From a virus (Duplodnaviria > Caudoviricetes), in the IMG/VR virus record IMGVR_UViG_642973512_000001, positions 68,563 through 132,562 of that record: a stretch of 64,000 nt of DNA; one strand, given 5' to 3'. This document shows, piece by piece, positions 47,815 through 57,547 of this stretch. The notes under the pieces are model-generated. The model searched no databases. It saw nothing but the letters and a program-made list of their open reading frames with translations, and was not told the origin of the DNA. The position numbers were made by a program, and so were the translations under genes. Position 1 is the first letter of the stretch. Each line of letters starts with the position of its first letter.

Positions 47815-47929
47815 ACTCAATCACTCCCTGTAAGTTTTTGGGTGAAGCTGTGGTGCTTGAACAAAGTTTCTCATGAAACAGACAACAAAACAATTGGTAA
47901 AATCAGGAAACAGGGAGATAACTCTACTC

Positions 47930-47960
47930 AGGAGAATTTCTTTGTTTCCTTTGTTCTTTT
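47930..47960 (+). promoter_or_regulatory. Middle promoter
   Basis: AGGAGA-18-TTCTTTT. Confidence 0.65.
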
Positions 47961-47995
47961 GTTACATAGACTTCTTTCCTGAGGAGGTATGTAAT

Positions 47996-48145
47996 ATGAT
48001 GGACTTGTTTTTTAAGCTTAAAGTAATTGACCAGATTCTTGAATGGGCTATACCACTTTTAGTGATTCTTACTATGGTTATCTGGGTGTTAGTTGCTATA
48101 GAAACCTACAAAGAGAAAAAGGCTAAAAGAAACAAGGGGAAATGA
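47996..48145 (+). CDS. Small membrane protein
   Basis: GAGGAGGT RBS; single TM helix. Confidence 0.65.
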   Translation: MMDLFFKLKVIDQILEWAIPLLVILTMVIWVLVAIETYKEKKAKRNKGK

Positions 48146-48336
48146 AAATGGTATACACTTTAGAATCTAAGCATGAGGGTTATAGTACTTGGTGGGAACT
48201 AGAGGATGTTGGGTGCTCATTATGGGAGATATCACTCAAAGCAATAGAAAAGAATCTCCTCCAATTTAGGATTCGTACGTGGGTAGAAGGAATAGTGGTA
48301 CATGAACGTAAATACGAAGGGGAAAGTAGTAGGTAA
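48142..48336 (+). CDS. Hypothetical protein
   Basis: ATGA overlap with the upstream gene. Confidence 0.6.
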   Translation: MKMVYTLESKHEGYSTWWELEDVGCSLWEISLKAIEKNLLQFRIRTWVEGIVVHERKYEGESSR

Positions 48337-48685
48337 CTGGGGTGGAAGGGATGAAAAGTATATATATATATATATAAAAAGTAGGTTTAAGGAATGGAAT
48401 AAAAGAAGCTGTCCTAAGTGTGGCTGTAAACAAACTAAAGATGTGGATCATGTTATGTACACTGAAAGCATTGTAGGTGAATACACAATAGCTTGCGCCA
48501 ACTGTGGTCAGCATATGAATTACTGGGCACAAGGAAGTACCAGAGAACCAGAAACTAGAACAGGTTATATGAAGTATTGGTTGAGCCACCATAATCTTGT
48601 ATTTAAAATAAAGAGGTGGAGGTTCCGAGTTAAACTGGAGAGGTTTAAAAGGAAGCAAGAAAAACTCAGGGAAAGAGAAAACTAG
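48302..48685 (+). CDS. Zinc-ribbon protein; likely true start (48351) is frameshifted by a (TA)9 tract
   Basis: CPKC..CANC; TA dinucleotide run at 48359-48376. Confidence 0.6.
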   Translation: MNVNTKGKVVGNWGGRDEKYIYIYIKSRFKEWNKRSCPKCGCKQTKDVDHVMYTESIVGEYTIACANCGQHMNYWAQGSTREPETRTGYMKYWLSHHNLVFKIKRWRFRVKLERFKRKQEKLREREN

Positions 48686-48818
48686 GCAAACTAAGAAAAG
48701 AGATAAACAACATAGATATAGCTATACTGGACAAAGACAATACCATAGATTTTCATTTGAAGGATCATGACAAAGAGTAGAAAATCAAGGTACCGGACTT
48801 GATTGGGAGGAGAACCAT

Positions 48819-51755
48819 ATGAACGCACAGGAATGGCTAGATGAAATACCAGAGGATTTAACTGAAACAGTCTTAGACTTGCCCCCTAAGACTATTAAAA
48901 AATTAATTGGGCTAAATAATAGTCAGCTTAGGGCAGTTCTAACACTAGAGGGACCTGTACAGATTAACGCTGTGGCAGGGAGCGGAAAAACGAGAGTACT
49001 TACTAGCAGAATTGCCTACATGTTAAGTACAGGAATTAAAGCAAGACATATTTTATGTACAACATACACTAAAAAAGCTACGCAAGAAATGACAGAAAGG
49101 TTATCAAAGCTTATTTCCAGTTTACAATTAGCTCAGATAACTATTGGCACTACTCACTCAATTGGATATCGCATTCTTGCAGAGGAATTAGAAGGAGTAG
49201 GTCACCCACTATCAGATGCTTTTAAATACAATAATGTTATTATGGGAACTAGACATAAGATTTTCGCTGAGAAAATCGTAGAGTCTATGGAGAGAGATAG
49301 ACATGTACCGTTTAGCATAAAACAAGAAATGTGTGATATTGGTCTAGGTCAGTACATTGGGGCTGTGTCTCGGGCTAAGAATGAGGGAATTAGCTGGGAT
49401 CAATATGATTCTATGCATGGAGGATCATCGGATAGGCAGGACGCTTATATTGAATTCTACAAGAGATATGAGAAAAAGAAAGTAGAAGAGTGTGTTATTG
49501 ATGGTGATGACATGTTGTACCTACTTTGGTGGCTGTTTAAACAGCATCCAGATGTTCTAGCTAGGTACCAAAAGAAATTTAAATATCTTCTAGTAGATGA
49601 AGCACAGGATAACAATGGTTTACAGTATGAAATCATTAAGATGCTGGGCAAACCTGAGAACAACCTGTTCTTAGTTGGTGACGATGATCAGTGTCAGCCA
49701 GCAGGGGAGCAGGTATTGACTACTGAGGGCTATGTGAACATAGAAGACCTAAATCCTGAAAAGCACAGGGTTGTGTCCTATGATAAGTCAGCTTCTAATG
49801 TTGTCGGACTTCAGAAGGGGTATGACTTTAAAATTGCTAGAAGACCATATATTGGGGAACTCCTTAAAGTTACTGCAAAGAACAAAAGCACACTATGTAC
49901 TCCTAACCATAAGTGGATTGTTAAATGGGATAAAGAAAAAGCCCAAAACCTTAATGCTGTATATTTGATGCAAAAAGGGGAGGACTTCCGTGTGGGGTGG
50001 TGCAAACTGTTTAAGTCAAGTGGGGAATCTAACGTGACCATTAGAGCTAGAAACCAGAAAGCAGACAAAGCATGGGTACTATCAGTTTTTAAATCAGAAG
50101 AGGAAGCCTCACTCATGGAGTCTATAGTGTCAGCTAATTATGGAATTGCGACAATTCCCTTTGTAGAGCCTCCAAATACAAAATATTATAAGCAGGATAA
50201 GCTCAATTGGGCTTTTTCTAGGCTTATCAATCAGAAAGAAAAAGCTATTAACTGCCTTAAGGAACATGGGAGACGATATGAATTTCCTTTCTACGACTCG
50301 GGTGAGATGTTTAAACGCAGAGGTGGGAACACAATTAATGAGTTCCATGCATGTAATCTAATTGCGGAGTGTATGAAAATACCTGTTCACTTGGGAGGAA
50401 AAAAGGTTAGTTGGGAGCCTATATCCTTAGACACTGATATGTATGAGGGTTATGTGTATAGTTTGGATGTAGATGTTCATGAATTATACATCGTTGAAGG
50501 ATTAGTTACCCACAATTCCATGTATTCATTCAGGGGCGCTAAGCCAGAAGAGTTTATTGATTTTACTAAGACTTATAAGGGTGCTCAGCAAATTTCTATG
50601 GAGGATAATTACCGTAGTAATCCTCACATTCTTGAAGTAGCTAACAACCTTATCAAGAATAACCAAAAGAGATTACCTAAGAAGTTAGTAGCAAATAAGC
50701 AAAACGATGAGACTTGTGTGTCTTTTGAAGTTCATGAAAGCGAGATAGAAGAAGCTAAGAAGGTAGTAGAGGAGATTAAGCTTCAGGTAGAGCAGGGAGG
50801 AAAAAATCCTAAAGACATTACTATCCTCTATAGAACAAATGCTCAATCTCGTGCTCTAGAAGATTACCTTATTATTAGTGGAATTCCTTATGTCATTCAT
50901 GGAGGAACTTCATTCTATGAAAGAAAAGAGATTAAAGACCTAATCTGCTACCTTAGACTAGTAGCTGACAGTAATGATGACGAAGCTTTTAAGAGAGTAA
51001 TCAATACTCCAAGTCGTTATCTTGGTAAGGCTTTTATGGAAAAAGTTAAGCGCTTTGATGGGTCTCATTGGGAAGCTATTACTGAACCTTCAATGTCTTG
51101 GAAGAACTACGAGCAAAAAGGTATCAATGAGTTTGTAGACCTTGTTGAGGAATTGAAGTCAGTAGCGGAACATGGAGCAGGAGATTTTGGGGAAGGGTCG
51201 CCAACAGAAGTCATTGACTATCTCTTAGACAATTGCTATAAGAAACACATGAGCAATGAGCTGACCAGTGATGACTTCTCTTCTCGCATGGAGAATGTAG
51301 AAACCCTTAAGTTTGTCATGGAACAGCATGATTCTATAGAGTCTTTCCTAAAACATATTAGTGATCTTATGTCACAGGCTAAACACGATATAGACGGTGT
51401 TCAGCTAATGACAATCCATAAGTCTAAGGGTCTAGAATTTGATACTGCCTTTGTAATTGGGGTGTCTGAAGGATGTTTGCCACACTTCAGAGCCATTGAA
51501 AGTTACAATGATGGTAGAAAGCAAGCAATTGAGGAAGAAAGACGCTTGTTATATGTAGCCATTACACGAGCTGAGTCAGTGTGTCATATTTCAGCACCTA
51601 AGACCTTCTTGGGAAAACCAGCACCAGTAAGCAGATTTTCTAAGGAACTAGGAATTGAAATACTGGACATGTCGGGAACAGATGTTGACTTAGAAGATGC
51701 TGATGTAGACACCTCGGATTTAACAGAAAATCTATTACAATGGGGAGGAAATTAG
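48819..51755 (+). CDS. UvrD/PcrA-family SF1 helicase precursor containing an intein
   Basis: AGSGKT, DEAQD, GDDDQ/SMYSFRGA, NYRS, TIHKSKGLEF and LLYVAITRA motifs. Confidence 0.93.
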   Translation: MNAQEWLDEIPEDLTETVLDLPPKTIKKLIGLNNSQLRAVLTLEGPVQINAVAGSGKTRVLTSRIAYMLSTGIKARHILCTTYTKKATQEMTERLSKLISSLQLAQITIGTTHSIGYRILAEELEGVGHPLSDAFKYNNVIMGTRHKIFAEKIVESMERDRHVPFSIKQEMCDIGLGQYIGAVSRAKNEGISWDQYDSMHGGSSDRQDAYIEFYKRYEKKKVEECVIDGDDMLYLLWWLFKQHPDVLARYQKKFKYLLVDEAQDNNGLQYEIIKMLGKPENNLFLVGDDDQCQPAGEQVLTTEGYVNIEDLNPEKHRVVSYDKSASNVVGLQKGYDFKIARRPYIGELLKVTAKNKSTLCTPNHKWIVKWDKEKAQNLNAVYLMQKGEDFRVGWCKLFKSSGESNVTIRARNQKADKAWVLSVFKSEEEASLMESIVSANYGIATIPFVEPPNTKYYKQDKLNWAFSRLINQKEKAINCLKEHGRRYEFPFYDSGEMFKRRGGNTINEFHACNLIAECMKIPVHLGGKKVSWEPISLDTDMYEGYVYSLDVDVHELYIVEGLVTHNSMYSFRGAKPEEFIDFTKTYKGAQQISMEDNYRSNPHILEVANNLIKNNQKRLPKKLVANKQNDETCVSFEVHESEIEEAKKVVEEIKLQVEQGGKNPKDITILYRTNAQSRALEDYLIISGIPYVIHGGTSFYERKEIKDLICYLRLVADSNDDEAFKRVINTPSRYLGKAFMEKVKRFDGSHWEAITEPSMSWKNYEQKGINEFVDLVEELKSVAEHGAGDFGEGSPTEVIDYLLDNCYKKHMSNELTSDDFSSRMENVETLKFVMEQHDSIESFLKHISDLMSQAKHDIDGVQLMTIHKSKGLEFDTAFVIGVSEGCLPHFRAIESYNDGRKQAIEEERRLLYVAITRAESVCHISAPKTFLGKPAPVSRFSKELGIEILDMSGTDVDLEDADVDTSDLTENLLQWGGN
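49692..50516 (+). mobile_element. Intein (275 aa) in helicase motif III
   Basis: Starts at Cys (CQPAGEQV), has block B 'CTPNHKW' and block F 'VYSLDV', ends HN followed by Ser+1; removal restores GDDDQSMYSFRGA. Confidence 0.93.
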
Positions 51756-51756
51756 G

Positions 51757-52302
51757 ATGAATAAGGATGGATTGCAGGAGAGAATTGAGCTGTTAGTTAA
51801 AGAGGGGTACGTAAAAGATGAGTTTGGGTACTATGTGAAAAGGCTATCTGAGGGTAACTGCCATATTGTGGACTGCTTACACCTGACTGAGGTTTCTGAG
51901 CATCCAGACTTAGACGCCTTGAGTATGTACATTAAAAATAAAGAAGACTATATGAAAGGAAGACTACGCACAGCTGGGTATAATCATTCCCTCAAAATGG
52001 AGCCTGTTCCTAGCCTGCAACAGCTAATCGGGGTAGAGGAAATAGATGTTTTATGGTTGTTGCGAGGGTCTTGGCTAGACTTCCAAATCCAGTGTAGAAC
52101 TGACTTTATCGTAGGAGACCTATCAAAAGTATCAGGCAAACCTTACTATGTAGCTCTAAAGCATAAACTAGGCAAACCACTAGAGATTCTTCCTAAAGAG
52201 GGTGTCTTGTATTATCAAAACATGGTTAATACTACTATCATTATTGGTCCCGTAGAAATGAAACGGCAGTTAGAAAATATGTATGGAAGAAGGTTTAACT
52301 AA
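51757..52302 (+). CDS. Hypothetical protein
   Basis: GGAGG RBS. Confidence 0.7.
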   Translation: MNKDGLQERIELLVKEGYVKDEFGYYVKRLSEGNCHIVDCLHLTEVSEHPDLDALSMYIKNKEDYMKGRLRTAGYNHSLKMEPVPSLQQLIGVEEIDVLWLLRGSWLDFQIQCRTDFIVGDLSKVSGKPYYVALKHKLGKPLEILPKEGVLYYQNMVNTTIIIGPVEMKRQLENMYGRRFN

Positions 52303-52347
52303 ACAACCTTTAATACTACTAGTATTACTATAAAAGGAGGAATCACT

Positions 52348-52503
52348 ATGGAAAACCAAACTAAAAAAGATATGTATGAGGAATACTTGAAGGAACGTAT
52401 TGAACATTTTAGCAACCTGCCAGAAGGTGACTCAGGTGCTAGAGAATGTGCAATGGTACTGCAAAGAGCACTTGATAAATACCGTAAAGTAATCAAGAGC
52501 TAG
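52348..52503 (+). CDS. Small hypothetical protein (51 aa, not in ORF track)
   Basis: AAGGAGG RBS; MENQTKKDMYEEYL... Confidence 0.65.
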   Translation: MENQTKKDMYEEYLKERIEHFSNLPEGDSGARECAMVLQRALDKYRKVIKS

Positions 52504-52552
52504 TCAGCTTTTCTACCCACTATCCCAAACCCCTACTCCTATGAGCAGGGGT

Positions 52553-52581
52553 TTGATTTTTTCTTGAGAATGGGGAAAAAT
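52553..52581 (+). promoter_or_regulatory. Putative sigmaA-type promoter
   Basis: TTGATT-17-AAAAAT; shares downstream sequence with the promoter at 19697. Confidence 0.5.
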
Positions 52582-52639
52582 GACTTCAACGGACAACAAG
52601 TCCACCAAAAATATTGAGAAAGCAAAAGGAGAGATAATC

Positions 52640-53044
52640 ATGGCAGTAGTGAGCAAAGCAATGAAAAACAAAGTGGAAGTTTACATTCAAAAGTACTCTG
52701 AAATGAAGGCACTTGAAGCTCAGCTTAAAATGATGAGAGCTGAGATCGAAGAATATATGGAGAAAAAGAATCTCCCAATCATTGAAGCCCTGAATGGTTC
52801 TGTTAGTTTCCAAACCTCAACTAGACCTGTAAATTCAGCCTTATATACAACCTACGACATTGGTGTTGTTTCAGTCCTTTCAGAGGAAGTTGTTGAAGAA
52901 GTCATAGCAACAGTAATTGATAGGGATAAACTTAATGCTTTCGTTAAGGCTGGTAAAGCTGACCAGAAAGAAGTTGAAAAGTATAAATTGGGTAAGACGA
53001 CTACCTCTTTCAGGGTTAAACCAGGCATTACTACGGAGGTGTAA
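52640..53044 (+). CDS. Hypothetical protein with N-terminal coiled coil
   Basis: AAGGAG RBS before ATG 52640. Confidence 0.7.
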   Translation: MAVVSKAMKNKVEVYIQKYSEMKALEAQLKMMRAEIEEYMEKKNLPIIEALNGSVSFQTSTRPVNSALYTTYDIGVVSVLSEEVVEEVIATVIDRDKLNAFVKAGKADQKEVEKYKLGKTTTSFRVKPGITTEV

Positions 53045-53047
53045 CCT

Positions 53048-53401
53048 ATGATGTACTTCCTGTTCAAACTGGTCTATGACTTCTTTGGGTACTTAACAGG
53101 AAGACCAAGGAAGTCAGATGAGCCTTATGTCAGTAGGTTCAGTGGTGAATGGGTAAGGAGAAATAAAAATGGGGCAGAGCACTGGGAGTGGGTTGAAAAG
53201 ACTCGCTCCATTAGACCCCTTTATGTAAGTGTATTCAATATGGCAGATGATTACATCATAAAAGTGGGGTATAACAGAAGGGGAGCGGCTATTGAAACAC
53301 ATGAGTGTAAAGATAGCAAAGAAGCAAAGATAGCCGTAGACTTATTAACAGCTTATTATAAACCGTTAGGGAACGTATTTACTTCTGAAGAACTGGAGTG
53401 A
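53048..53401 (+). CDS. Hypothetical protein
   Basis: GGAGGTG RBS. Confidence 0.65.
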   Translation: MMYFLFKLVYDFFGYLTGRPRKSDEPYVSRFSGEWVRRNKNGAEHWEWVEKTRSIRPLYVSVFNMADDYIIKVGYNRRGAAIETHECKDSKEAKIAVDLLTAYYKPLGNVFTSEELE

Positions 53402-53425
53402 CCATTTCAGGTTCGGGGGATTAAA

Positions 53426-53689
53426 TTGTTTCACAAACACTCTGAGAGGATGAAAAACATGGCGAAAGTAGTACCTTATAGAGGGAAAATCGAAAAGGTG
53501 AGGAGGGCTGTACCAAGTCCCCCGAAGTACAATTTTGAAGATGCATTGCAAAATGATATAGACAATTTATGCTCAGCCACAGGCTTAGGTGAGAGAGAAG
53601 CGGTTCAGATGGCTGATGATTTTTACAGAAAGTACCCAGCCTTAATTGAGCACGTTCGTAGTGCCGAATTTTTAACTAGGGGGAGATAA
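53426..53689 (+). CDS. Hypothetical protein
   Basis: ORF in operon orientation; start uncertain. Confidence 0.55.
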   Translation: MFHKHSERMKNMAKVVPYRGKIEKVRRAVPSPPKYNFEDALQNDIDNLCSATGLGEREAVQMADDFYRKYPALIEHVRSAEFLTRGR

Positions 53690-53758
53690 CATGGACACAA
53701 GTCAAGTAGATAATCCTAAGTTAAAAGGTTTTCTGAGTAGGCTATAGGAGGTTTTAAA

Positions 53759-54304
53759 ATGACCAAACTAATTGATACCGTTAGGTTGTACAGTGAGCAT
53801 CCTGAGGCAACAAGTATACTACACCTCGATAAAAACAAGTATGGGCAAAAGCCTAAATTGAACATCCTATGTACAGGTAGCCGTAACTGGACGGATAAGA
53901 AGCTAGTAAAGTCTGTTCTTAGCGCTTACAAGTCATATGATGTAACCGTGATCCAAGGCACTTCAAAGGGATTAGATACTATTGCAGGTGAGGTAGCTGA
54001 AGAATTGGGTATGAAAACCGTAGGGATCTCAGCCGTCCAAAAATATGATGCTAGAGACTTACTGTTAAGAAATACAGTGATGGTAAACAAATTAGAACCT
54101 AGCAGAGACTTGGTGTTGGCGTTCAGAACTTCAAGAATGAGTAAGGGAACTAATGATGCTGTGCAAAAGGCTGTGGGCAGAGGATTGAGGGTTGTTATGT
54201 ACACGTTGGATGATAAATATCCAGGGGGTATAAAGTGCTCAGATTTTAACTTGTCTACAGGTGCTGACCTACCTATTGTAGAGAATCCTGAGGTTACGGA
54301 GTAA
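53759..54304 (+). CDS. SLOG superfamily protein (YspA/DUF2493-like)
   Basis: 'CTGSRNWTD', 'IQGTSKGLD..A', 'RN..MV' and 'LAF...SKGT' motifs. Confidence 0.78.
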   Translation: MTKLIDTVRLYSEHPEATSILHLDKNKYGQKPKLNILCTGSRNWTDKKLVKSVLSAYKSYDVTVIQGTSKGLDTIAGEVAEELGMKTVGISAVQKYDARDLLLRNTVMVNKLEPSRDLVLAFRTSRMSKGTNDAVQKAVGRGLRVVMYTLDDKYPGGIKCSDFNLSTGADLPIVENPEVTE

Positions 54305-54319
54305 AAGAAAATACAGAGA

Positions 54320-54841
54320 TTGGGGAGATATAATATGAGGATCATATCTGGAGAAGCGGGATCAGGAAAAACTTTTGTGGCGGCAAGGTTACTATTAGAT
54401 GATCTTATGGCAGGTAACAAAGTACTATTATGTACTGAGGACCCTATTTTGTTTGAACACATGTACAACATCATTGAAAGTAATGATATAGACCCTATTG
54501 CTTTAGAATGGAAGCAGGTAAGCTCATCAAATGCTAGGGAGCATCTGGTGAGTATAGTAGATATGATCAACAATGGAAAATACGATAGCTTTTCTCGAAT
54601 TCACTTTGATGGAATCTACTTAGAAAAGAAAGATGACCTTTTGAATATACTGGATGGCTTAAAAGACCCTGAGAAGGTGTCCGTAGCTTTACAGACTATG
54701 CATAGTGGATGTAAATCAGTTAGGGTTATATTCCATAGCAAGGGGTCTGGAAAACTTGAAAAAGTAATACCTGCTGAGGACATGAGAGCTGAATTTAATA
54801 AGCTGGAGTGTCATCTTAAAAAGAAGTACAAAATTACATGA
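54320..54841 (+). CDS. Small P-loop NTPase
   Basis: 'IISGEAGSGKT' Walker A. Confidence 0.7.
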   Translation: MGRYNMRIISGEAGSGKTFVAARLLLDDLMAGNKVLLCTEDPILFEHMYNIIESNDIDPIALEWKQVSSSNAREHLVSIVDMINNGKYDSFSRIHFDGIYLEKKDDLLNILDGLKDPEKVSVALQTMHSGCKSVRVIFHSKGSGKLEKVIPAEDMRAEFNKLECHLKKKYKIT

Positions 54842-55048
54842 TTCTAAATGTCTTCAACACGAGGAGTACAGCATTCAGACTTGTGAAACAATTTAAAACA
54901 ATACTATTTGTGCAAAAACGTAGGGTTAACTCAGATAAAATATTGTAAAACCACACCACACTCTAAGTAGAGCTTTACATAAACTAGGAGAAAATTTTCG
55001 GGAAATTACACCAGAGTTACCCCTCTAATATTAGGAGGTATAAAACAC

Positions 55049-55375
55049 ATGATAAAGAAAGTGACGATTGCTTCCCTAGTCTTTTTTGTAGCTCTCCTTG
55101 GGGGATGTAGTCAAAAACCTTCAAAAGATGTTGCGGTAGAACAAGCCCAATCTTTCATACAAGAAAAGGTGGACCTAGAGTCTCTTAAGTTCAAAGACTA
55201 TGAAGTAAAAGAAATTGGGGAGGATTCCTACAGAATTGTGGGAACTTTTACTATACAACCACATGGAGTAGTGCGTACTATCATATACTCTATTGATGTG
55301 ACATATGATGAATCTACTGGAGAATGGCTCTTTGAGAACATACAAGTTCATGACCTTGCGGATTTAAACAGATGA
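55049..55375 (+). CDS. Lipoprotein
   Basis: Signal peptide with lipobox LGGC; AGGAGGT RBS; followed by a terminator hairpin. Confidence 0.8.
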   Translation: MIKKVTIASLVFFVALLGGCSQKPSKDVAVEQAQSFIQEKVDLESLKFKDYEVKEIGEDSYRIVGTFTIQPHGVVRTIIYSIDVTYDESTGEWLFENIQVHDLADLNR

Positions 55376-55480
55376 GAGTAGTCAATAGGCTACTCTTTTC
55401 TATTGGTCTTCCATTGATTTCTTGAGCAGTTCAGGAAAAAATAAAAGCAGGACAAGCATATTAAAGGGAGAGGAATTACA

Positions 55481-55666
55481 GTGTTGGCAACTATTATTCT
55501 ACTAGGATTCTTAGGACAAATACTAATTTACGGAGGTTTACTATCTTATATATTGAGTTACCATTTAGCATCTTTTAGGGTACCTAAGAAGGTTTCAATT
55601 AACCTAATGGTAGTGGGAGGAGTCTTATTCTGGATAGTTTTCCTCATTACACCAATTATCAAATAA
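55481..55666 (+). CDS. Small two-TM membrane protein
   Basis: Hydrophobic; GAGG RBS. Confidence 0.65.
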   Translation: MLATIILLGFLGQILIYGGLLSYILSYHLASFRVPKKVSINLMVVGGVLFWIVFLITPIIK

Positions 55667-55725
55667 CCCTACAGGAGAGAAGGGTTTCCTGAAAAAGGTT
55701 TTTTATTAACAAAGGAGGTCACAAA

Positions 55726-55953
55726 GTGAACAAGAAAGGAACCACTATTACTATTTGTGCCATGTTTGCAGTTATTATCGGAATTACTGGTTTTCTGTTA
55801 TTCTGTGGTGTGTTAATGGGTTTGCTGATTGGTGGTACGTTTATGGATATAACATCAACAGCTATGCTAGTTTGGCTAGGTGTGTCAATGCTTGGTACTA
55901 TCATTTTAGTTCCTACTATCTATCTTAACTCTGGGGAGGGTGATAAAAAATGA
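55726..55953 (+). CDS. Small two-TM membrane protein
   Basis: AAGGAGGT RBS; middle-promoter-like sequence at 55673-55705. Confidence 0.7.
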   Translation: MNKKGTTITICAMFAVIIGITGFLLFCGVLMGLLIGGTFMDITSTAMLVWLGVSMLGTIILVPTIYLNSGEGDKK

Positions 55954-56516
55954 GTATTAAAAAAGCTGATCTTAAAGATTTTGTGACACAACGTATTGGA
56001 GAAAAGGTTGCTAGGGAGCAAAAGATGAGAAAGCAAGCTATCAATATGGCAATTACAAAATACATTGAAACATATTTTGATGGTAGTGACCTACAGGTCA
56101 TCAATAGATTTACTCAAGACCTGCATCAAACTATTACCTTTTTTATGGGTCTGGTTAAAGACTCTTACCGTATGCATTCCCTGTCTGGAGCAAAAAGCAC
56201 CTTAGAACAGATCACGGAGAGGGGATTGAAAACCTTCCTTATTGACACTTTAACGCAGTATATCAATGTGGGAGTTCAGCTCGAAGACTGTGAGCTTAAT
56301 AGGTTAGTAGTGAATGCTAGTAGCACCCATGACCAAAAAGTATCTGAATTGAGCAAGCTAGAGAAGGAGTTATTGAAGATCATCAGTGCCAACCGCACAG
56401 GAGACAAGGCATATAAGCAACTAGTAGAGCTTGGAGTTGATCTGGAAGGTTTTAAGAAGGAAGAATTACAGTTACCTTCAGTAGTGAAAATTGATGCTGA
56501 TGTTAGCTTGTTCTAG
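55950..56516 (+). CDS. Hypothetical helical protein
   Basis: ATGA overlap with the upstream gene; 188 aa. Confidence 0.7.
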   Translation: MSIKKADLKDFVTQRIGEKVAREQKMRKQAINMAITKYIETYFDGSDLQVINRFTQDLHQTITFFMGLVKDSYRMHSLSGAKSTLEQITERGLKTFLIDTLTQYINVGVQLEDCELNRLVVNASSTHDQKVSELSKLEKELLKIISANRTGDKAYKQLVELGVDLEGFKKEELQLPSVVKIDADVSLF

Positions 56517-56526
56517 GGTGCACAAA

Positions 56527-56784
56527 ATGGGTAATTTTTGCACCAGATACTATAGTGAGTATGGAGAACACTTGTGGACCAGCACAAAACTACCAAAATA
56601 CCGTCCATTTAAGTCAAAGAGTAAAGACAAGCATACAGAATATATCCATCTAACAACAGGTGGGGGCATTATGGCAACAGATTACTTTGTAAAGTTCTGT
56701 AGGGCTAGTGGAAAAATAGTGCATATAAAAAACGATGGGCGCTACTCCCCACTAAGAAAGAGGATTTATAGAAGGCGGAGGTAA
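56527..56784 (+). CDS. Hypothetical basic protein
   Basis: ORF in operon; start uncertain. Confidence 0.5.
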   Translation: MGNFCTRYYSEYGEHLWTSTKLPKYRPFKSKSKDKHTEYIHLTTGGGIMATDYFVKFCRASGKIVHIKNDGRYSPLRKRIYRRRR

Positions 56785-56788
56785 TAAT

Positions 56789-57079
56789 ATGAAAAGGTTA
56801 TTTTTTCTAGTACCCTTGTTGGCTTTAACCCTATCAGGGTGTGGGGGAGAAGAGGAAGAAAAGCAGGAGAAAAAGCTACCAGAAAGACTCGTAGAAGTAT
56901 CTCATGATGAAGTAAGCGAAGAATCTGATAGTATTTATACCATACAGGACAAGGAGACTGGATGTCAGTACCTTCTTATCAAGAGGTATTCGGGAGGCAC
57001 AGCTGTATCCCCTATCCTTAAGCCAGATGGCAAACCATATTGTGTGGAGGTAAAACATGAAAAGACTAGAGGAAATTAA
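56789..57079 (+). CDS. Lipoprotein (DUF6440-like)
   Basis: Lipobox LSGC; 'DKETGCQYL...PILKPDGKP'. Confidence 0.75.
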   Translation: MKRLFFLVPLLALTLSGCGGEEEEKQEKKLPERLVEVSHDEVSEESDSIYTIQDKETGCQYLLIKRYSGGTAVSPILKPDGKPYCVEVKHEKTRGN

Positions 57080-57416
57080 GCAAAAACTGTCATATAGAGA
57101 AAGTACTTCTGCCACTGAAGAGGGTCAGGTACCCTTTTTAACAAAGTTTTTAACAAAGTCTGATATTGAATTTCTAGTTACCCATGCATCTACAGCAATT
57201 CAGATATACGAAAATCTATACAACCTTGGGTGGTCAATGCAGGATGCTCCTTTCTTTGGGGTGAACAAAGACGCACGAAATGGGGTAGACTTTGCTATTG
57301 AAAAAGTTCTTCAAGGCACAGGAGTGTCCATGAAAAGTATTATTGAGCAGAAATCAGTAGAAGATCAAAACGAAAGAATACGAAGAGCCTTTAAAGGTGA
57401 GGAGGATGAGGAGTAA
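57057..57416 (+). CDS. Hypothetical protein
   Basis: GGAGGT RBS. Confidence 0.65.
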   Translation: MKRLEEIKQKLSYRESTSATEEGQVPFLTKFLTKSDIEFLVTHASTAIQIYENLYNLGWSMQDAPFFGVNKDARNGVDFAIEKVLQGTGVSMKSIIEQKSVEDQNERIRRAFKGEEDEE

Positions 57417-57547
57417 TGGAAAGTATTATTTGCCCTGCCTGTGGTGAAAGCGAGTTAGAGCTATGGCACATGGGTATCTATGAGTGCCCAAAGTGTGGAA
57501 ATATGATACCAAGAGAAGTATGGGAGGATGAGGAGTATGGAGAATAA
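57416..57547 (+). CDS. Small zinc-ribbon protein (43 aa, not in ORF track)
   Basis: MESIICPACGESELELWHMGIYECPKCG... Confidence 0.65.
   Translation: MESIICPACGESELELWHMGIYECPKCGNMIPREVWEDEEYGE

Noticed and set aside
47815-47940. sigmaG promoter for the SASP gene
   Set aside because: I could not find a convincing GnATr-18-CATwnTA match by eye, so none is claimed.
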